From the NCBI GenBank assembly GCA_036443495.1, contig JAZFYL010000092.1:1-41724 (forward strand): 41,724 bases of DNA. Direction: 5' to 3'. The DNA is from Gemmatimonadales bacterium (GTDB taxonomy: Bacteria; Gemmatimonadota; Gemmatimonadetes; Gemmatimonadales; GWC2-71-9). The notes beneath the pieces are model-generated. The model saw only the letters and a program-made list of their open reading frames with translations. It was not told the DNA's origin and did no database searches. Each line of letters begins with the position of its first letter. The first letter of the stretch is position 1. Below are positions 1-9,201 of this stretch, piece by piece. The translations under genes were made by a program, and so were the position numbers.

Positions 1-711
1 GGCGACATGCTCTTCATCGATGAGATCCACCGGCTCCGACCGGCGCTGGAAGAGTTTCTCTACCCGGCCATGGAAGACTTCCGGGTCGACGTGCGGATCT
101 CGGAGGGCCTCAACGCCCAGACCATCCCCATGGCACTCGAACGCTTCACACTTATCGGCGCCACCACGCGCTTCGGCCTCCTCACGCCGCCGATGCGGGC
201 CCGGTTCGGCATGGTGGAGCGGCTGCACTTCTACCCGGACGAGGATCTCAAGGTGATCGTGAGCCGATCGGCGAAGCTGCTCGAGATTCCGGTCGACGAC
301 GCGGGAGCCGGAGAGATCGCTCGCCGGAGCCGGGGGACGCCGCGGGTGGCCAACCGGTTGCTGCGCCGTGTTCGTGACTACGCCGAGGTCAAGGCCGATG
401 GGCACATTACCGGTGCTGTCGCCCTCGAAGCGCTCGAGCGACTCAACGTCGACGAGTTCGGGCTGGACGATATGGACGCGCGCATCATCCGCACCATCAT
501 CGAGAAATTCGGCGGCGGGCCGGTGGGCGTGAACACCGTCGCCGTCGCCATCGGTGAGGACACCGGCACGATCGAAGAAGTGTACGAACCGTTCCTGATC
601 CAGCAGGGCATGCTGGAGCGAACCCCGCGTGGGCGCTGCGCCACGGCTCTCGCCTATCAGCGTTTCGGCTATCAGCCCCCCGCCTCTCAGACAACGATCT
701 TTGACGGGTAG
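1..711 (+). CDS. ruvB: Holliday junction branch migration helicase RuvB (5' truncated by window edge)
   Basis: Walker [50 protein letters not shown] motifs typical of RuvB. Confidence 0.97.
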   Translation, partial: GDMLFIDEIHRLRPALEEFLYPAMEDFRVDVRISEGLNAQTIPMALERFTLIGATTRFGLLTPPMRARFGMVERLHFYPDEDLKVIVSRSAKLLEIPVDDAGAGEIARRSRGTPRVANRLLRRVRDYAEVKADGHITGAVALEALERLNVDEFGLDDMDARIIRTIIEKFGGGPVGVNTVAVAIGEDTGTIEEVYEPFLIQQGMLERTPRGRCATALAYQRFGYQPPASQTTIFDG

Positions 712-1750
712 GCCCCCCTCCCGGTACCGCACGGCGGACTTCGACTACGCGCTCCCGGAAGACCTGATCGCCCAAAACCCCAGCGCGGCACGGGGCGACA
801 GCCGGCTTCTGGTCGTGTCGCGCGGTTCTCCCGACCCGTGCCGCGATGCGGCGTTCACGGATTTCCCCGACCTCCTGGGCCCCAACGACCTCCTGGTGAT
901 CAACACCACCAAGGTTCGTCATGCGCGGTTGCTGGGCACCAGACCATCGGGTGCCCCGGCCGAAGTGTTGCTGATTCATCCCGGGCCGGAGGACACCTGG
1001 GTGGCCATCGGAAAACCCGGGAGCGCCATGCGTCCCGGCAAGCGCATCAACCTCGGCGACGGATTCGCGGTCGAGACCGTCCGCGTGCTCCCCAACGGGG
1101 AGCGGGTCGTGCGTTTCATTGGAGGGAGCGCGACGGAAGCCATGGGCCGTTTCGGCGCCTTGCCTTTGCCACCCTACATCCGCCGCCGGGCCGAGTCGGC
1201 CGACGAAGACCGCTATCAGACAGTGTATGCCGCACGGGAGGGCAGCGTCGCCGCTCCGACCGCCGGGTTGCACTTCACCGCAGCCGTGTTGGACCGCGTG
1301 ACGTCATCAGGGACCAGGATCGCCACCATCGACCTCGAAGTCGGACCAGGCACCTTCAAGCCGGTGGAGACGGAGAACCTCGAACACCACGTGATGCACC
1401 CGGAGTGTTTCGAGCTTCCGCCAGAGACGGCGCTGGCGATCCGGACCGCCAAGTCGGCCGGCGGCCGGGTATGGGCCGTGGGCACGACGGTCGTCCGCAC
1501 GTTGGAGAGCGCCGCGGTGGATGCAGGGGCGGTGACACCAGGAAAGGCTGAGACGCACCTCATGATTACCCCCGGTTATGCGTTCCGGGTGGTGGACGCG
1601 CTCCTCACCAATTTTCACCTGCCGCGTTCCACCCTCCTCATGCTGGTCTGCGCCTTCGCCGGATACGATACGGCCATGGCCGCCTACCGGCATGCGGCCG
1701 ACGAACGGTACCGGTTCTACAGCTACGGCGACGCCATGGCGGTGCTATGA
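701..1750 (+). CDS. queA: S-adenosylmethionine:tRNA ribosyltransferase-isomerase
   Basis: [13 protein letters not shown]-terminus, [44 protein letters not shown]; probable TTG start at 701 overlapping the ruvB end (ORF-track start at 629 too long). Confidence 0.96.
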   Translation: MTGRPPSRYRTADFDYALPEDLIAQNPSAARGDSRLLVVSRGSPDPCRDAAFTDFPDLLGPNDLLVINTTKVRHARLLGTRPSGAPAEVLLIHPGPEDTWVAIGKPGSAMRPGKRINLGDGFAVETVRVLPNGERVVRFIGGSATEAMGRFGALPLPPYIRRRAESADEDRYQTVYAAREGSVAAPTAGLHFTAAVLDRVTSSGTRIATIDLEVGPGTFKPVETENLEHHVMHPECFELPPETALAIRTAKSAGGRVWAVGTTVVRTLESAAVDAGAVTPGKAETHLMITPGYAFRVVDALLTNFHLPRSTLLMLVCAFAGYDTAMAAYRHAADERYRFYSYGDAMAVL

Positions 1751-1790
1751 GGAGAGAAGTGAGCGGGGCGAGGGGAATGGATGTTCCAGG

Positions 1791-1822
1791 TCCGACCGCC
1801 CGATCGCCTGACCGCCTGACCG
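1791..1822 (+). repeat. Degenerate 8-bp tandem repeat x4 (tccgaccg cccgatcg cctgaccg cctgaccg)
   Basis: Read directly in the queA-tgt intergenic gap. Confidence 0.8.
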
Positions 1823-1828
1823 GCCTCT

Positions 1829-2965
1829 ATGATGTTTGACTTCCGTCTCGAGGCCACCGCCGGAATGGCCCGGGCCGGGACGTTGACGCTTCCGTTCGGG
1901 GAAGTCCTGACACCAGCGTTCATGCCGGTTGGGACGCACGGCGCGGTGCGGGGCCTGCATCCCGCAGAAGTCGAACGCACCGGTGCACAGGTGATCCTGG
2001 GCAACACCTACCACCTTCATCTCCGCCCGGGCGAAGAGGTGGTGGAAGCACTGGGCGGATTGCATCGCTTCACCTCGTGGCCCAAGCCGATGCTGACCGA
2101 CTCCGGCGGCTTCCAGGTCTTCTCGCTGGAGACCCTGCGACACATTTCCGAAGAGGGCGTCGAGTTTCGGAGCCACATCGACGGGTCGCTCCGAACGCTG
2201 TCGCCGGAGCGGGCGGTGGACATCCAGTGGGCGTTGGGTGCCGACATCGCCATGGCGTTCGACCATGTGGTTCCCGGGCAGGCTCCACGCGAGCTGGCCG
2301 AGGAGGGCCTCGAACGCACGCTGCGCTGGTTGGACCGTTGCCGTGACCGGCACCAGACGCTTGCCGCGGGCCAACCCGACCGGCAGACCTTGTGGCCCAT
2401 CATCCAGGGTGGCACCTACGAGGATCTGCGGCGGCGCTCCGCCGAGGAGACGCTGGCCCGGGGCCCGTGGAGCGGTGTCGCCATCGGCGGCCTGTCGGTG
2501 GGTGAACCCAAGGACGTCATGTACCGCGTGCTGGAACGGTTGGAGCCGCTGCTCCCGCGAGACCGACCCCGTTATCTTATGGGGGTCGGGTTTCCCGATG
2601 ACCTGTTGGACGGAATCGCCCGCGGGGTGGATCTGTTCGACTGTGTCGCGGCCACCCGCAACGGGCGCCACGGCAGCGCCTGGACGAGCACGGGGAAGGT
2701 CAACGTGCGCACGGCAAAGAACCGGTTCATGTCCGGACCCCTAGACCCCGATTGTGATTGCGAAACTTGCGAGCGGTTCAGTCTAGCCTATCTTCGACAC
2801 CTGTTCGTTGCCGGTGAGATGCTGGGGCTCCGGTTGGTGTCGCTCCACAACATCCGATTCTTGGTCCGGCTGGGTGAACAGGCGCGTCGCGCCATCCTCG
2901 AAGGATCGTTCGATCATTGGAGCCGCGAGTGGCTCCGGCGTTACCACGACAAGGAAACACCGTGA
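1829..2965 (+). CDS. tgt: Queuine tRNA-ribosyltransferase (tRNA-guanine transglycosylase)
   Basis: TPAFMPVGT, ILGNTYHL, TDSGGFQVFSL, IIQGG, RYLMGVG, DLFDCV, zinc motif CDCETC...H. Confidence 0.98.
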   Translation: MMFDFRLEATAGMARAGTLTLPFGEVLTPAFMPVGTHGAVRGLHPAEVERTGAQVILGNTYHLHLRPGEEVVEALGGLHRFTSWPKPMLTDSGGFQVFSLETLRHISEEGVEFRSHIDGSLRTLSPERAVDIQWALGADIAMAFDHVVPGQAPRELAEEGLERTLRWLDRCRDRHQTLAAGQPDRQTLWPIIQGGTYEDLRRRSAEETLARGPWSGVAIGGLSVGEPKDVMYRVLERLEPLLPRDRPRYLMGVGFPDDLLDGIARGVDLFDCVAATRNGRHGSAWTSTGKVNVRTAKNRFMSGPLDPDCDCETCERFSLAYLRHLFVAGEMLGLRLVSLHNIRFLVRLGEQARRAILEGSFDHWSREWLRRYHDKETP

Positions 2966-3291
2966 ACACCATACTCTCGAGCATCATGGCCCGGCCGGAA
3001 GGCCAAGGCGGCGGCATGTCCTTTCTGATCATTCAGTTGGGCTTGATCGCGCTGGTCTTCTACTTTCTGATCATCCGCCCGCAATCCCAGGCCCGCAAGC
3101 GCCACGAGGCACTCCTGGAGGATCTCAAGAAAGGTGACGAGGTGGTCACCTCGGGCGGGGTCATGGGCAAAGTGACCGACATCAAGGACGCCCGCATCAC
3201 CATCGAGACCGGCACCGCTCAAATAGTGGTTCTTCGGCAGCGCATAACCCAAGTTGGCGACGCCGTCGCCCCGGGGGCAAGGGGTCGCTAG
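2962..3291 (+). CDS. yajC: Preprotein translocase subunit YajC
   Basis: TM helix then FYFLIIRPQ and LKKGDEVVTSGG.G; GTG start at 2962 after AAGGA; classic queA-tgt-yajC order. Confidence 0.95.
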   Translation: MNTILSSIMARPEGQGGGMSFLIIQLGLIALVFYFLIIRPQSQARKRHEALLEDLKKGDEVVTSGGVMGKVTDIKDARITIETGTAQIVVLRQRITQVGDAVAPGARGR

Positions 3292-3827
3292 TGGGTTTGC
3301 GCCCTCTCCATCTGCTGGGATCGCCCCTGCTCCGGGAGCCAAGCGCCCGCCTGGAAACGGTAGACGACGACGTCCGTCAACTGGTTGCCGACCTGTTCGA
3401 CACGATGGATGCCGCCGAGGGCGTCGGCCTCGCCGCCAACCAGGTCGGCGTGGCCCTACGCGTCGCTGTGGTCGGGGTCGAAGACGACCGCTTCGTGTTG
3501 ATCAACCCGGCAATCATCGAATCCGAGGGAAAGGACACGGCGGAAGAAGGCTGTCTCTCCGTACCGGACATCTACGCCGACGTCACCCGGCCAGCGAGGA
3601 TCGTCGTCGAAACACTCGACGAATCCGGTGAGCCCTACCGTATCGAGGCGGACGGCCTCAAAGCCCGAGTCATCCAACACGAGATGGACCACCTGGACGG
3701 CATGCTGTTCCTCGATCGACTCAGCCCCTTGAAACGGCGCGTGCTGACCAAGCGGTGGAAGAAAAGCGGTAAGGACACTCCCAATCACCTGTTGGAGGTG
3801 ACGGCGGCCTCGACCACAACGGACTGA
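3291..3827 (+). CDS. def: Peptide deformylase
   Basis: GVGLAANQVG, EGCLS, QHEMDHLDG motifs. Confidence 0.98.
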   Translation: MGLRPLHLLGSPLLREPSARLETVDDDVRQLVADLFDTMDAAEGVGLAANQVGVALRVAVVGVEDDRFVLINPAIIESEGKDTAEEGCLSVPDIYADVTRPARIVVETLDESGEPYRIEADGLKARVIQHEMDHLDGMLFLDRLSPLKRRVLTKRWKKSGKDTPNHLLEVTAASTTTD

Positions 3828-4750
3828 TGCGCGTCGTTTTCTTTGGAACGCCCGAATTCGCGGAGCCATCACTTCGGGCGCTCGTGGAGGCCGACCACGA
3901 CGTGGTCGGCGTGGTCACCCAGCCCGACAAGCCCAAGGGCCGGTCTCGTTCCGTCTTCGTGCCACCACCGATCAAGACCGTCGCCGAAGAGTATCGGCTC
4001 CCCGTTCTCCAACCCGACCAGCCCACGGGAGACTTGTTTCGCGCGTCGCTCAAGCGCATGAACGCCGAACTTGGGGTAGTGGTGGCGTACGGGCACATCT
4101 TGCGGCAGGAAATTCTCGACGTCCCCACGATGGGCATGATCAACATCCATGCCTCCCTGTTGCCGCGGTGGCGCGGAGCGGCTCCCATCCAGAAGGCCAT
4201 CCTGGAGGGGGATCCGGTGACCGGCGTCAGCATCATGCAGATGGACGCCGGCATGGATACCGGCGCCATCATCCATCATATGCAAACGTTCATCCAGGAT
4301 GGAGACACCACCGGAGACCTCTTACCCCGGTTGGCGGAACTCGGCGCAACCGCCATGGTCACCGCCATTGAAGGCCTGGTCGAGGGAACCGCAACTTTTA
4401 CTCCCCAGGACGAAGAGAAGGCCACCCACGCACCCAAAGTGACCCGGGCGATGGCCCGCATCGATTGGCACGATCCGGCCGACCGGGTCGCCCACCAAAC
4501 TCGGGCGTTCGATCCGACGCCCGGCTCGTGGGCCCTCCTGGACGAGGCACCGATCAAGCTGTTTCACGGGGAGGCGATTCCCACCACCGCCGAACCGGGA
4601 ACGGTTCTGGACGTCGGCGAAACCCTGCTCGTGGCCTGTGGCTCAGGTGCGGTGCGGATCGGCGAAGTGCAGCCCGCGGGAAAACGCCGTCTCCCGGTCG
4701 CCGACTGGGCCCGGGGGCGGAGCGACCTTCCGGGCCAACTCTTCGAGTGA
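3827..4750 (+). CDS. fmt: Methionyl-tRNA formyltransferase
   Basis: MRVVFFGTPEFA, VVTQPD, INIHASLLPRWRGAAPIQ, MDAGMDTG; follows def. Confidence 0.98.
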   Translation: MRVVFFGTPEFAEPSLRALVEADHDVVGVVTQPDKPKGRSRSVFVPPPIKTVAEEYRLPVLQPDQPTGDLFRASLKRMNAELGVVVAYGHILRQEILDVPTMGMINIHASLLPRWRGAAPIQKAILEGDPVTGVSIMQMDAGMDTGAIIHHMQTFIQDGDTTGDLLPRLAELGATAMVTAIEGLVEGTATFTPQDEEKATHAPKVTRAMARIDWHDPADRVAHQTRAFDPTPGSWALLDEAPIKLFHGEAIPTTAEPGTVLDVGETLLVACGSGAVRIGEVQPAGKRRLPVADWARGRSDLPGQLFE

Positions 4751-5370
4751 GGCCCCTTCCCAGACTCCACGCGATCACCGACCACAGGGCGCTCTCCGAC
4801 CAGGACTTCCGTGTCCGCCTGGCCGCGATAGCGGCCATCGGTCACGCCGTGGCGCTGCACGCCCGCGATCGAACCGCTTCCGACCGGGCGCTGGTCGAGA
4901 CCGCCCGCCGGATGCAAGCTCACGCGGCAGCCCCCGGCGCAGCCACCTTCGTCAATGGCCGGCCGGACATCGCCCAGGCATTAAGCCTCGAGGGCGTCCA
5001 GCTGCGGACCGGCGACCTCTCGCCCCGGGATGCCCGGGCCATCTTCCCCCGGGGCTGGCTCGGCGTCTCAATCCATACTCGGGAGGAGGCGCGGCAGGCC
5101 GTCGACGAGGGCGCTGATTTCCTGCTCGCGGGTACTATCTTTCCTTCAGAGACGCATCCCGGGACGCCCGCCGCCGGCTTGACCCTACTGGACGACGTGG
5201 TGCCGTTGGGCCTGCCGGTCGTCGCGATCGGCGGCATCACCCCTGATCGTGCCCGGGCGGCCGCAGACGCTGGAGCGTACGGCGTAGCGGCCATTTCCGC
5301 GCTGTGGCAGGCCCGCGATGCGGCGGCGGCGGCGGCGGCGCTCCTGACCCCCTGGATGGAAGCGGAATGA
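4747..5370 (+). CDS. Thiamine phosphate synthase superfamily (ThiE/TenI) protein, motifs look more TenI-like
   Basis: LHAITD, VNGRPDIA, GVSIHT.EEA..A..EGADFLLAG, VVAIGGITP; GTG start overlapping fmt stop; directly upstream of thiS-thiG. Confidence 0.85.
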   Translation: MRPLPRLHAITDHRALSDQDFRVRLAAIAAIGHAVALHARDRTASDRALVETARRMQAHAAAPGAATFVNGRPDIAQALSLEGVQLRTGDLSPRDARAIFPRGWLGVSIHTREEARQAVDEGADFLLAGTIFPSETHPGTPAAGLTLLDDVVPLGLPVVAIGGITPDRARAAADAGAYGVAAISALWQARDAAAAAAALLTPWMEAE

Positions 5371-5576
5371 ACGAAGTGACCCTGATCATCAACGGAGACC
5401 AACGCCGAGTCCCGGCACTCGCTTCGGTGCAGGAGCTGCTCGAGCACCTGGGTTTGGACGCCCGTGGGGTCGTCGTTGAAGTCAACGAGCACATCATCAG
5501 GCGGCCCCACCTGAGAGAGACGACACTCAACGAAGGGGATCGTGTCGAGTTGGTACACTTCGTCGGTGGCGGTTGA
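5367..5576 (+). CDS. thiS: Sulfur carrier protein ThiS
   Basis: 69 aa, IING..., VVVEVN, GDRVELVHFVGGG with C-terminal GG; upstream of thiG. Confidence 0.95.
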   Translation: MNEVTLIINGDQRRVPALASVQELLEHLGLDARGVVVEVNEHIIRRPHLRETTLNEGDRVELVHFVGGG

Positions 5577-5616
5577 GTCACCCGATCTGACGGACGCGAC
5601 CCAGAGGGAAAGCACC

Positions 5617-6435
5617 ATGACCTCCACCATGGATCACACCATCACTCAAGCGGACCCGCCAATGGTCATCTCCGGCCGGACGTTCCGGTCGCGGCTCATG
5701 GTGGGTACGGGTAAGTATCGAACCAACGAGGAAATGGTCGCCACGCTCGAGGCGTCCGGCGCCGAAGTCGTGACGGTCGCTGTCCGTCGGGTCGACCTCG
5801 ACCGAGCCAACGAAGAGAGCCTGCTGCACCACCTGGACACCGATCGCTACTTCTTGCTGGCCAACACGGCGGGATGTTATAGCGCCGGCGAAGCCATACG
5901 GTATGCCCGACTCGCCCGCGAGGCCGGCTTCAATGATTTCGTGAAGCTCGAAGTCATCGGTGACCAGGAAACCCTGCTGCCCGACGTCGAAGGGCTGCTG
6001 GAGGCGACCCGGACGCTGGCCAAGGAGGGGTTCTCCGTCCTGGCCTACACCAACGACGACGTGGTCACCGCGCTCAAGCTCGAGGAGGCCGGGGCCGCCG
6101 CCGTCATGCCTCTGGCCTCGCCGATCGGAAGCGGTCTGGGGTTGCTCAACCCCTACGGGATCCGGACCATCAAGAAACGGCTGTCGGTTCCGGTGATCGT
6201 GGACGCAGGTGTAGGCACGGCCTCGGACGCGTGCCTTACGATGGAGCAAGGTGTGGACGGCATTCTCATGAACACCGCCCTGGCGAAAGCCGACCACCCG
6301 GCGGTGATGGGCCTGGCCATGCGATATGCGGTGGAGGCCGGTCGTGCGGCGTACCTCGCCGGCCGCATGCCTCGCCGGGAGATTGCCGTCCCCTCGAGCC
6401 CTGTGACGGGCATGCTCGACCACCCGTCGGCCTAG
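5617..6435 (+). CDS. thiG: Thiazole synthase
   Basis: SRLMVGTGKY, VTVAVRR, NTAGC, VKLEVIGD..TLLPD, MPLASPIGSGLG, VIVDAGVG; start 5617 or 5629. Confidence 0.98.
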   Translation: MTSTMDHTITQADPPMVISGRTFRSRLMVGTGKYRTNEEMVATLEASGAEVVTVAVRRVDLDRANEESLLHHLDTDRYFLLANTAGCYSAGEAIRYARLAREAGFNDFVKLEVIGDQETLLPDVEGLLEATRTLAKEGFSVLAYTNDDVVTALKLEEAGAAAVMPLASPIGSGLGLLNPYGIRTIKKRLSVPVIVDAGVGTASDACLTMEQGVDGILMNTALAKADHPAVMGLAMRYAVEAGRAAYLAGRMPRREIAVPSSPVTGMLDHPSA

Positions 6436-6442
6436 CATCAAA

Positions 6443-7756
6443 GTGTCCCAGGCTGGTCCCCCGAAGGGTGTGGCCACTCGCCGGGCCGCCCTGACGGTCC
6501 TCGAGCAGGTCCGCGGTGGCGCTCCATTCGATCGGGCTCTCGAACGAGCGGCCGGAGGCCTGCCGCAACCCGACCGGCGGTTCGTCCACGAGGTCTCCGC
6601 CGGCGTGCTCCGGCACCAGGAACTGTTGGATCACGAGCTGGCGCCGTTGGCTCGCTATGGCTGGGAGCGGGTGCCGGACCGCCTCAAGGACATCCTTCGT
6701 ATAGGAGCGTATCAGCTCCGTTTCCTCGATCGAGTACCGCCGCACGCCGCCGTCTCCACCAGCGTGACCCTTGCGCGAGAGGCAGGAGAGGGGGGGGGAG
6801 GCAAGGTATCCGGTTTCGTGAACGCCCTCCTCCGATCCATCGCCAACACCCCGGCATCATCGAACACAGCCCCCATGGACTTGGCCACCCGATACTCTCA
6901 CCCCGGGTGGCTGGTCGATCGATGGCTCGAACGTTTCGGTACGTCGGAGACGGAAACGCTGTTGCGGTGGAACAACCGCCGGCCGATGCTGGTCCTCCAG
7001 CCTGCCCGCCTGCCTGCGCGCGACATTCGCAAGGCCCTGGATGAAGCAGGGATCGCTTCACGGGACGCTCCCCTGGGGATGGGTCTCTCGGTCGAAGGCG
7101 GGGCCCCGACATCTTTCCCTGGGTATGAGGAAGGCGCTTTCATCGTCCAGGATCCTGCCCAAGCGCTAGTGTCACGTTTCGCCGCCCCGGAAATGGGCGC
7201 CGTCGTCTACGATGCGTGCGCCGCCCCAGGCGGCAAGACTGTCGCGCTGGAGCACGCCGCCCGGTTCGTCATCGCAGCGGACCGGCGCGCAAACCGCATC
7301 CCGCGCCTCGTCGACAACCTCGCACGGGCCGGCGCTGGTCGCGCGGGTGTGATCCTGGCTGACGCGGCCGCCCCACCGGTCCGGGCGGTGGATCTGGTCC
7401 TGGTGGACGCCCCCTGTACCGGCACGGGAACCTTTTCCCGCCACCCCGATGCCCGCCACCGCGTGCACCCGGACGAGATCACCCGACTGGCGATGGAACA
7501 GAGGCATATCCTGGATGGCGCCAAGACGGCGGTGCGCCCAGGAGGTCTGTTAGTTTACGCCACATGTTCATTGGAGCCGGAAGAGAACGAACAACAGGTG
7601 GACCGCTTCCTCGCCGAGAACCGGGATTTCCAGCGAGAGGCGCCGGAGGGCTTTCCGCAGGAACTGTTGTCACCGCAGGGCGACCTGGTTCTCCTGCCGC
7701 AGCGACATCGGACCGACGGCGCCTACGCCGCCCGGTTGCGGAGGGCTGACAAATGA
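6443..7756 (+). CDS. rsmB: 16S rRNA m5C967 methyltransferase RsmB/Sun (NusB-like N-domain plus RsmB MTase)
   Basis: LRIGAYQL..LDRVP.HAA, SHP.WLV.RW, VQD, DACAAPGGKT, DAPCTGTG, YATCS. Confidence 0.93.
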   Translation: MSQAGPPKGVATRRAALTVLEQVRGGAPFDRALERAAGGLPQPDRRFVHEVSAGVLRHQELLDHELAPLARYGWERVPDRLKDILRIGAYQLRFLDRVPPHAAVSTSVTLAREAGEGGGGKVSGFVNALLRSIANTPASSNTAPMDLATRYSHPGWLVDRWLERFGTSETETLLRWNNRRPMLVLQPARLPARDIRKALDEAGIASRDAPLGMGLSVEGGAPTSFPGYEEGAFIVQDPAQALVSRFAAPEMGAVVYDACAAPGGKTVALEHAARFVIAADRRANRIPRLVDNLARAGAGRAGVILADAAAPPVRAVDLVLVDAPCTGTGTFSRHPDARHRVHPDEITRLAMEQRHILDGAKTAVRPGGLLVYATCSLEPEENEQQVDRFLAENRDFQREAPEGFPQELLSPQGDLVLLPQRHRTDGAYAARLRRADK

Positions 7757-8526
7757 GGGTGCGACGCCACCTGCCACCGCTCAAGCGGAAAGCCTCCATC
7801 CGGCTTCCCGCGGTGAAGGTCCGGGGCGTGTGGCCCTGGCTCGCCGGAGCCGCGATCCTGGGATATCTTGTCACCGTCGTCTGGCTCTTCCCCGAGCCGA
7901 TCCTTGCCTCGGACAATGCAGTCCCTCGCGTCCTGGATCTGCCGCAGGCGGATGCGTTGGACAGGTTGTCGGAGGCCGGATTCAGGGGACGCGTGGTCGA
8001 GAACGAGCCTCACCCGGAGGCTCCCTCGGGAACCGTCACCTGGCAGGACCCTCCGCCCACCCTGGAAGCCCCGGCGGGAGCCGTGGTGCGGCTGACGGTC
8101 AGCAACGGCCCCCCCGCGATCCCGATTCCCGACGTGGTCGGACTTCAGGCAATGTTGGCCAGCGAGATCCTCCAGGCCGCCGGCTTCGAGATCGGGCGAA
8201 TCGATTCAATCGCCGCGCTGTCAGACTTGGGGTCGATCGTGGTGACCCGCCCTCGCGCTGGAGTTGCCAGGGCACCAGGAACACCCATCACGATAGTGGT
8301 GAGTCAGGGGCCCGCCGTCATTCCGGTCCCCAGCGTCGTCGGGTTGACCCATCGCGAGGCCTGGGATCGGCTCGCCGAAGCCGGGTTGAAGGTGGGAAGA
8401 GTCATGACGCGGCCGACAGACACGATGGAACCGGGCCGTGTCGTGGAGCAACGCCCAGGAGCAGGTACCCGGTCGCCAATGGAGGGCAAGGTGGACCTCA
8501 TTTTTTCACGGGCCCCACGGCCATGA
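7753..8526 (+). CDS. Membrane-anchored PASTA-domain protein (3 PASTA repeats, no kinase domain)
   Basis: Basic N-terminus, one TM helix, three repeats starting VPRVLDL / IPDVVGL / VPSVVGL with Q.P..G..V.L.VS.G ends. Confidence 0.88.
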   Translation: MRVRRHLPPLKRKASIRLPAVKVRGVWPWLAGAAILGYLVTVVWLFPEPILASDNAVPRVLDLPQADALDRLSEAGFRGRVVENEPHPEAPSGTVTWQDPPPTLEAPAGAVVRLTVSNGPPAIPIPDVVGLQAMLASEILQAAGFEIGRIDSIAALSDLGSIVVTRPRAGVARAPGTPITIVVSQGPAVIPVPSVVGLTHREAWDRLAEAGLKVGRVMTRPTDTMEPGRVVEQRPGAGTRSPMEGKVDLIFSRAPRP

Positions 8527-9188
8527 CACCCTATATCGCCCCGAGCGTACTCAGTGCCGACCTGGGCCACCTCAAGGAACAGATCGAAGCCACGATCCAG
8601 GGCGGGGCGGATTGGATCCACGTCGACGTGATGGACGGCCAGTTCGTCCCACCGATCTCATTCGGCGCCCCAATGATCTCGGCCTTGCGGTCCATCACCG
8701 ACCTGCCGCTGGACGTCCACCTCATGGTCGACCGGCCGGAGCGTTATATTCAGCCTTACGCCTCCGCCGGGGCAAACATCTTTACCTTTCACCCCGAGGC
8801 CACCGTCCACGTCCAGCGGCAGCTCGCCGCGGTGCGTTTGGCGGGTATGAAGGCTGGCCTGGCCCTCAACCCCGGTACGCCGATCAGCCTGCTCGAGGAG
8901 GTCCTGGACGACCTGGACCTCGTCTTGGTGATGTCGGTCAACCCCGGCTTCGGCGGCCAGGCCTATTTGCGGTCGGCCACGGCGAAGATCGCCCGGGTGC
9001 GGGAACTGCTCGACCGGCGGGGCTGTTCTGCCAGGTTAGAGGTGGATGGAGGTATTACGGTGTCAACGATCCGGGACGCGTGGGAGGCGGGAGCGGATAC
9101 GTTCGTCGCCGGTACGGCCGTGTTTGGAGAGCATGATCCGGCAGCGGCAGTCCAGTCACTGCGGGACGCCTGTACGGTCCAAATCTGA
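8523..9188 (+). CDS. rpe: Ribulose-phosphate 3-epimerase
   Basis: IAPSVLSAD, IHVDVMDGQFVP, DVHLMV, MSVNPGFGGQ, EVDGG; ATG at 8523 overlapping upstream stop. Confidence 0.98.
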   Translation: MTPYIAPSVLSADLGHLKEQIEATIQGGADWIHVDVMDGQFVPPISFGAPMISALRSITDLPLDVHLMVDRPERYIQPYASAGANIFTFHPEATVHVQRQLAAVRLAGMKAGLALNPGTPISLLEEVLDDLDLVLVMSVNPGFGGQAYLRSATAKIARVRELLDRRGCSARLEVDGGITVSTIRDAWEAGADTFVAGTAVFGEHDPAAAVQSLRDACTVQI

Positions 9189-9201
9189 GAGCTGAGCGCG
9201 T

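Noticed and set aside
4700-4750. TPP riboswitch ahead of the thiamine genes
   Set aside because: There is no intergenic space (start overlaps fmt stop) and no TPP aptamer consensus was recognised
5319-5340. (GCG)n trinucleotide run
   Set aside because: Encodes a poly-Ala helix at the end of a TIM-barrel protein; ordinary in GC-rich genes
7830-8522. Apparent 230-aa N-terminal extension fused to Rpe
   Set aside because: It is an alternate frame of the PASTA gene with Arg/Gly/Pro-rich shadow composition; the true rpe start is the ATG at 8523. The same applies to the long upstream extensions listed for queA, thiE/tenI, acpS, tamB, pduO, aroB, glcD and glcE
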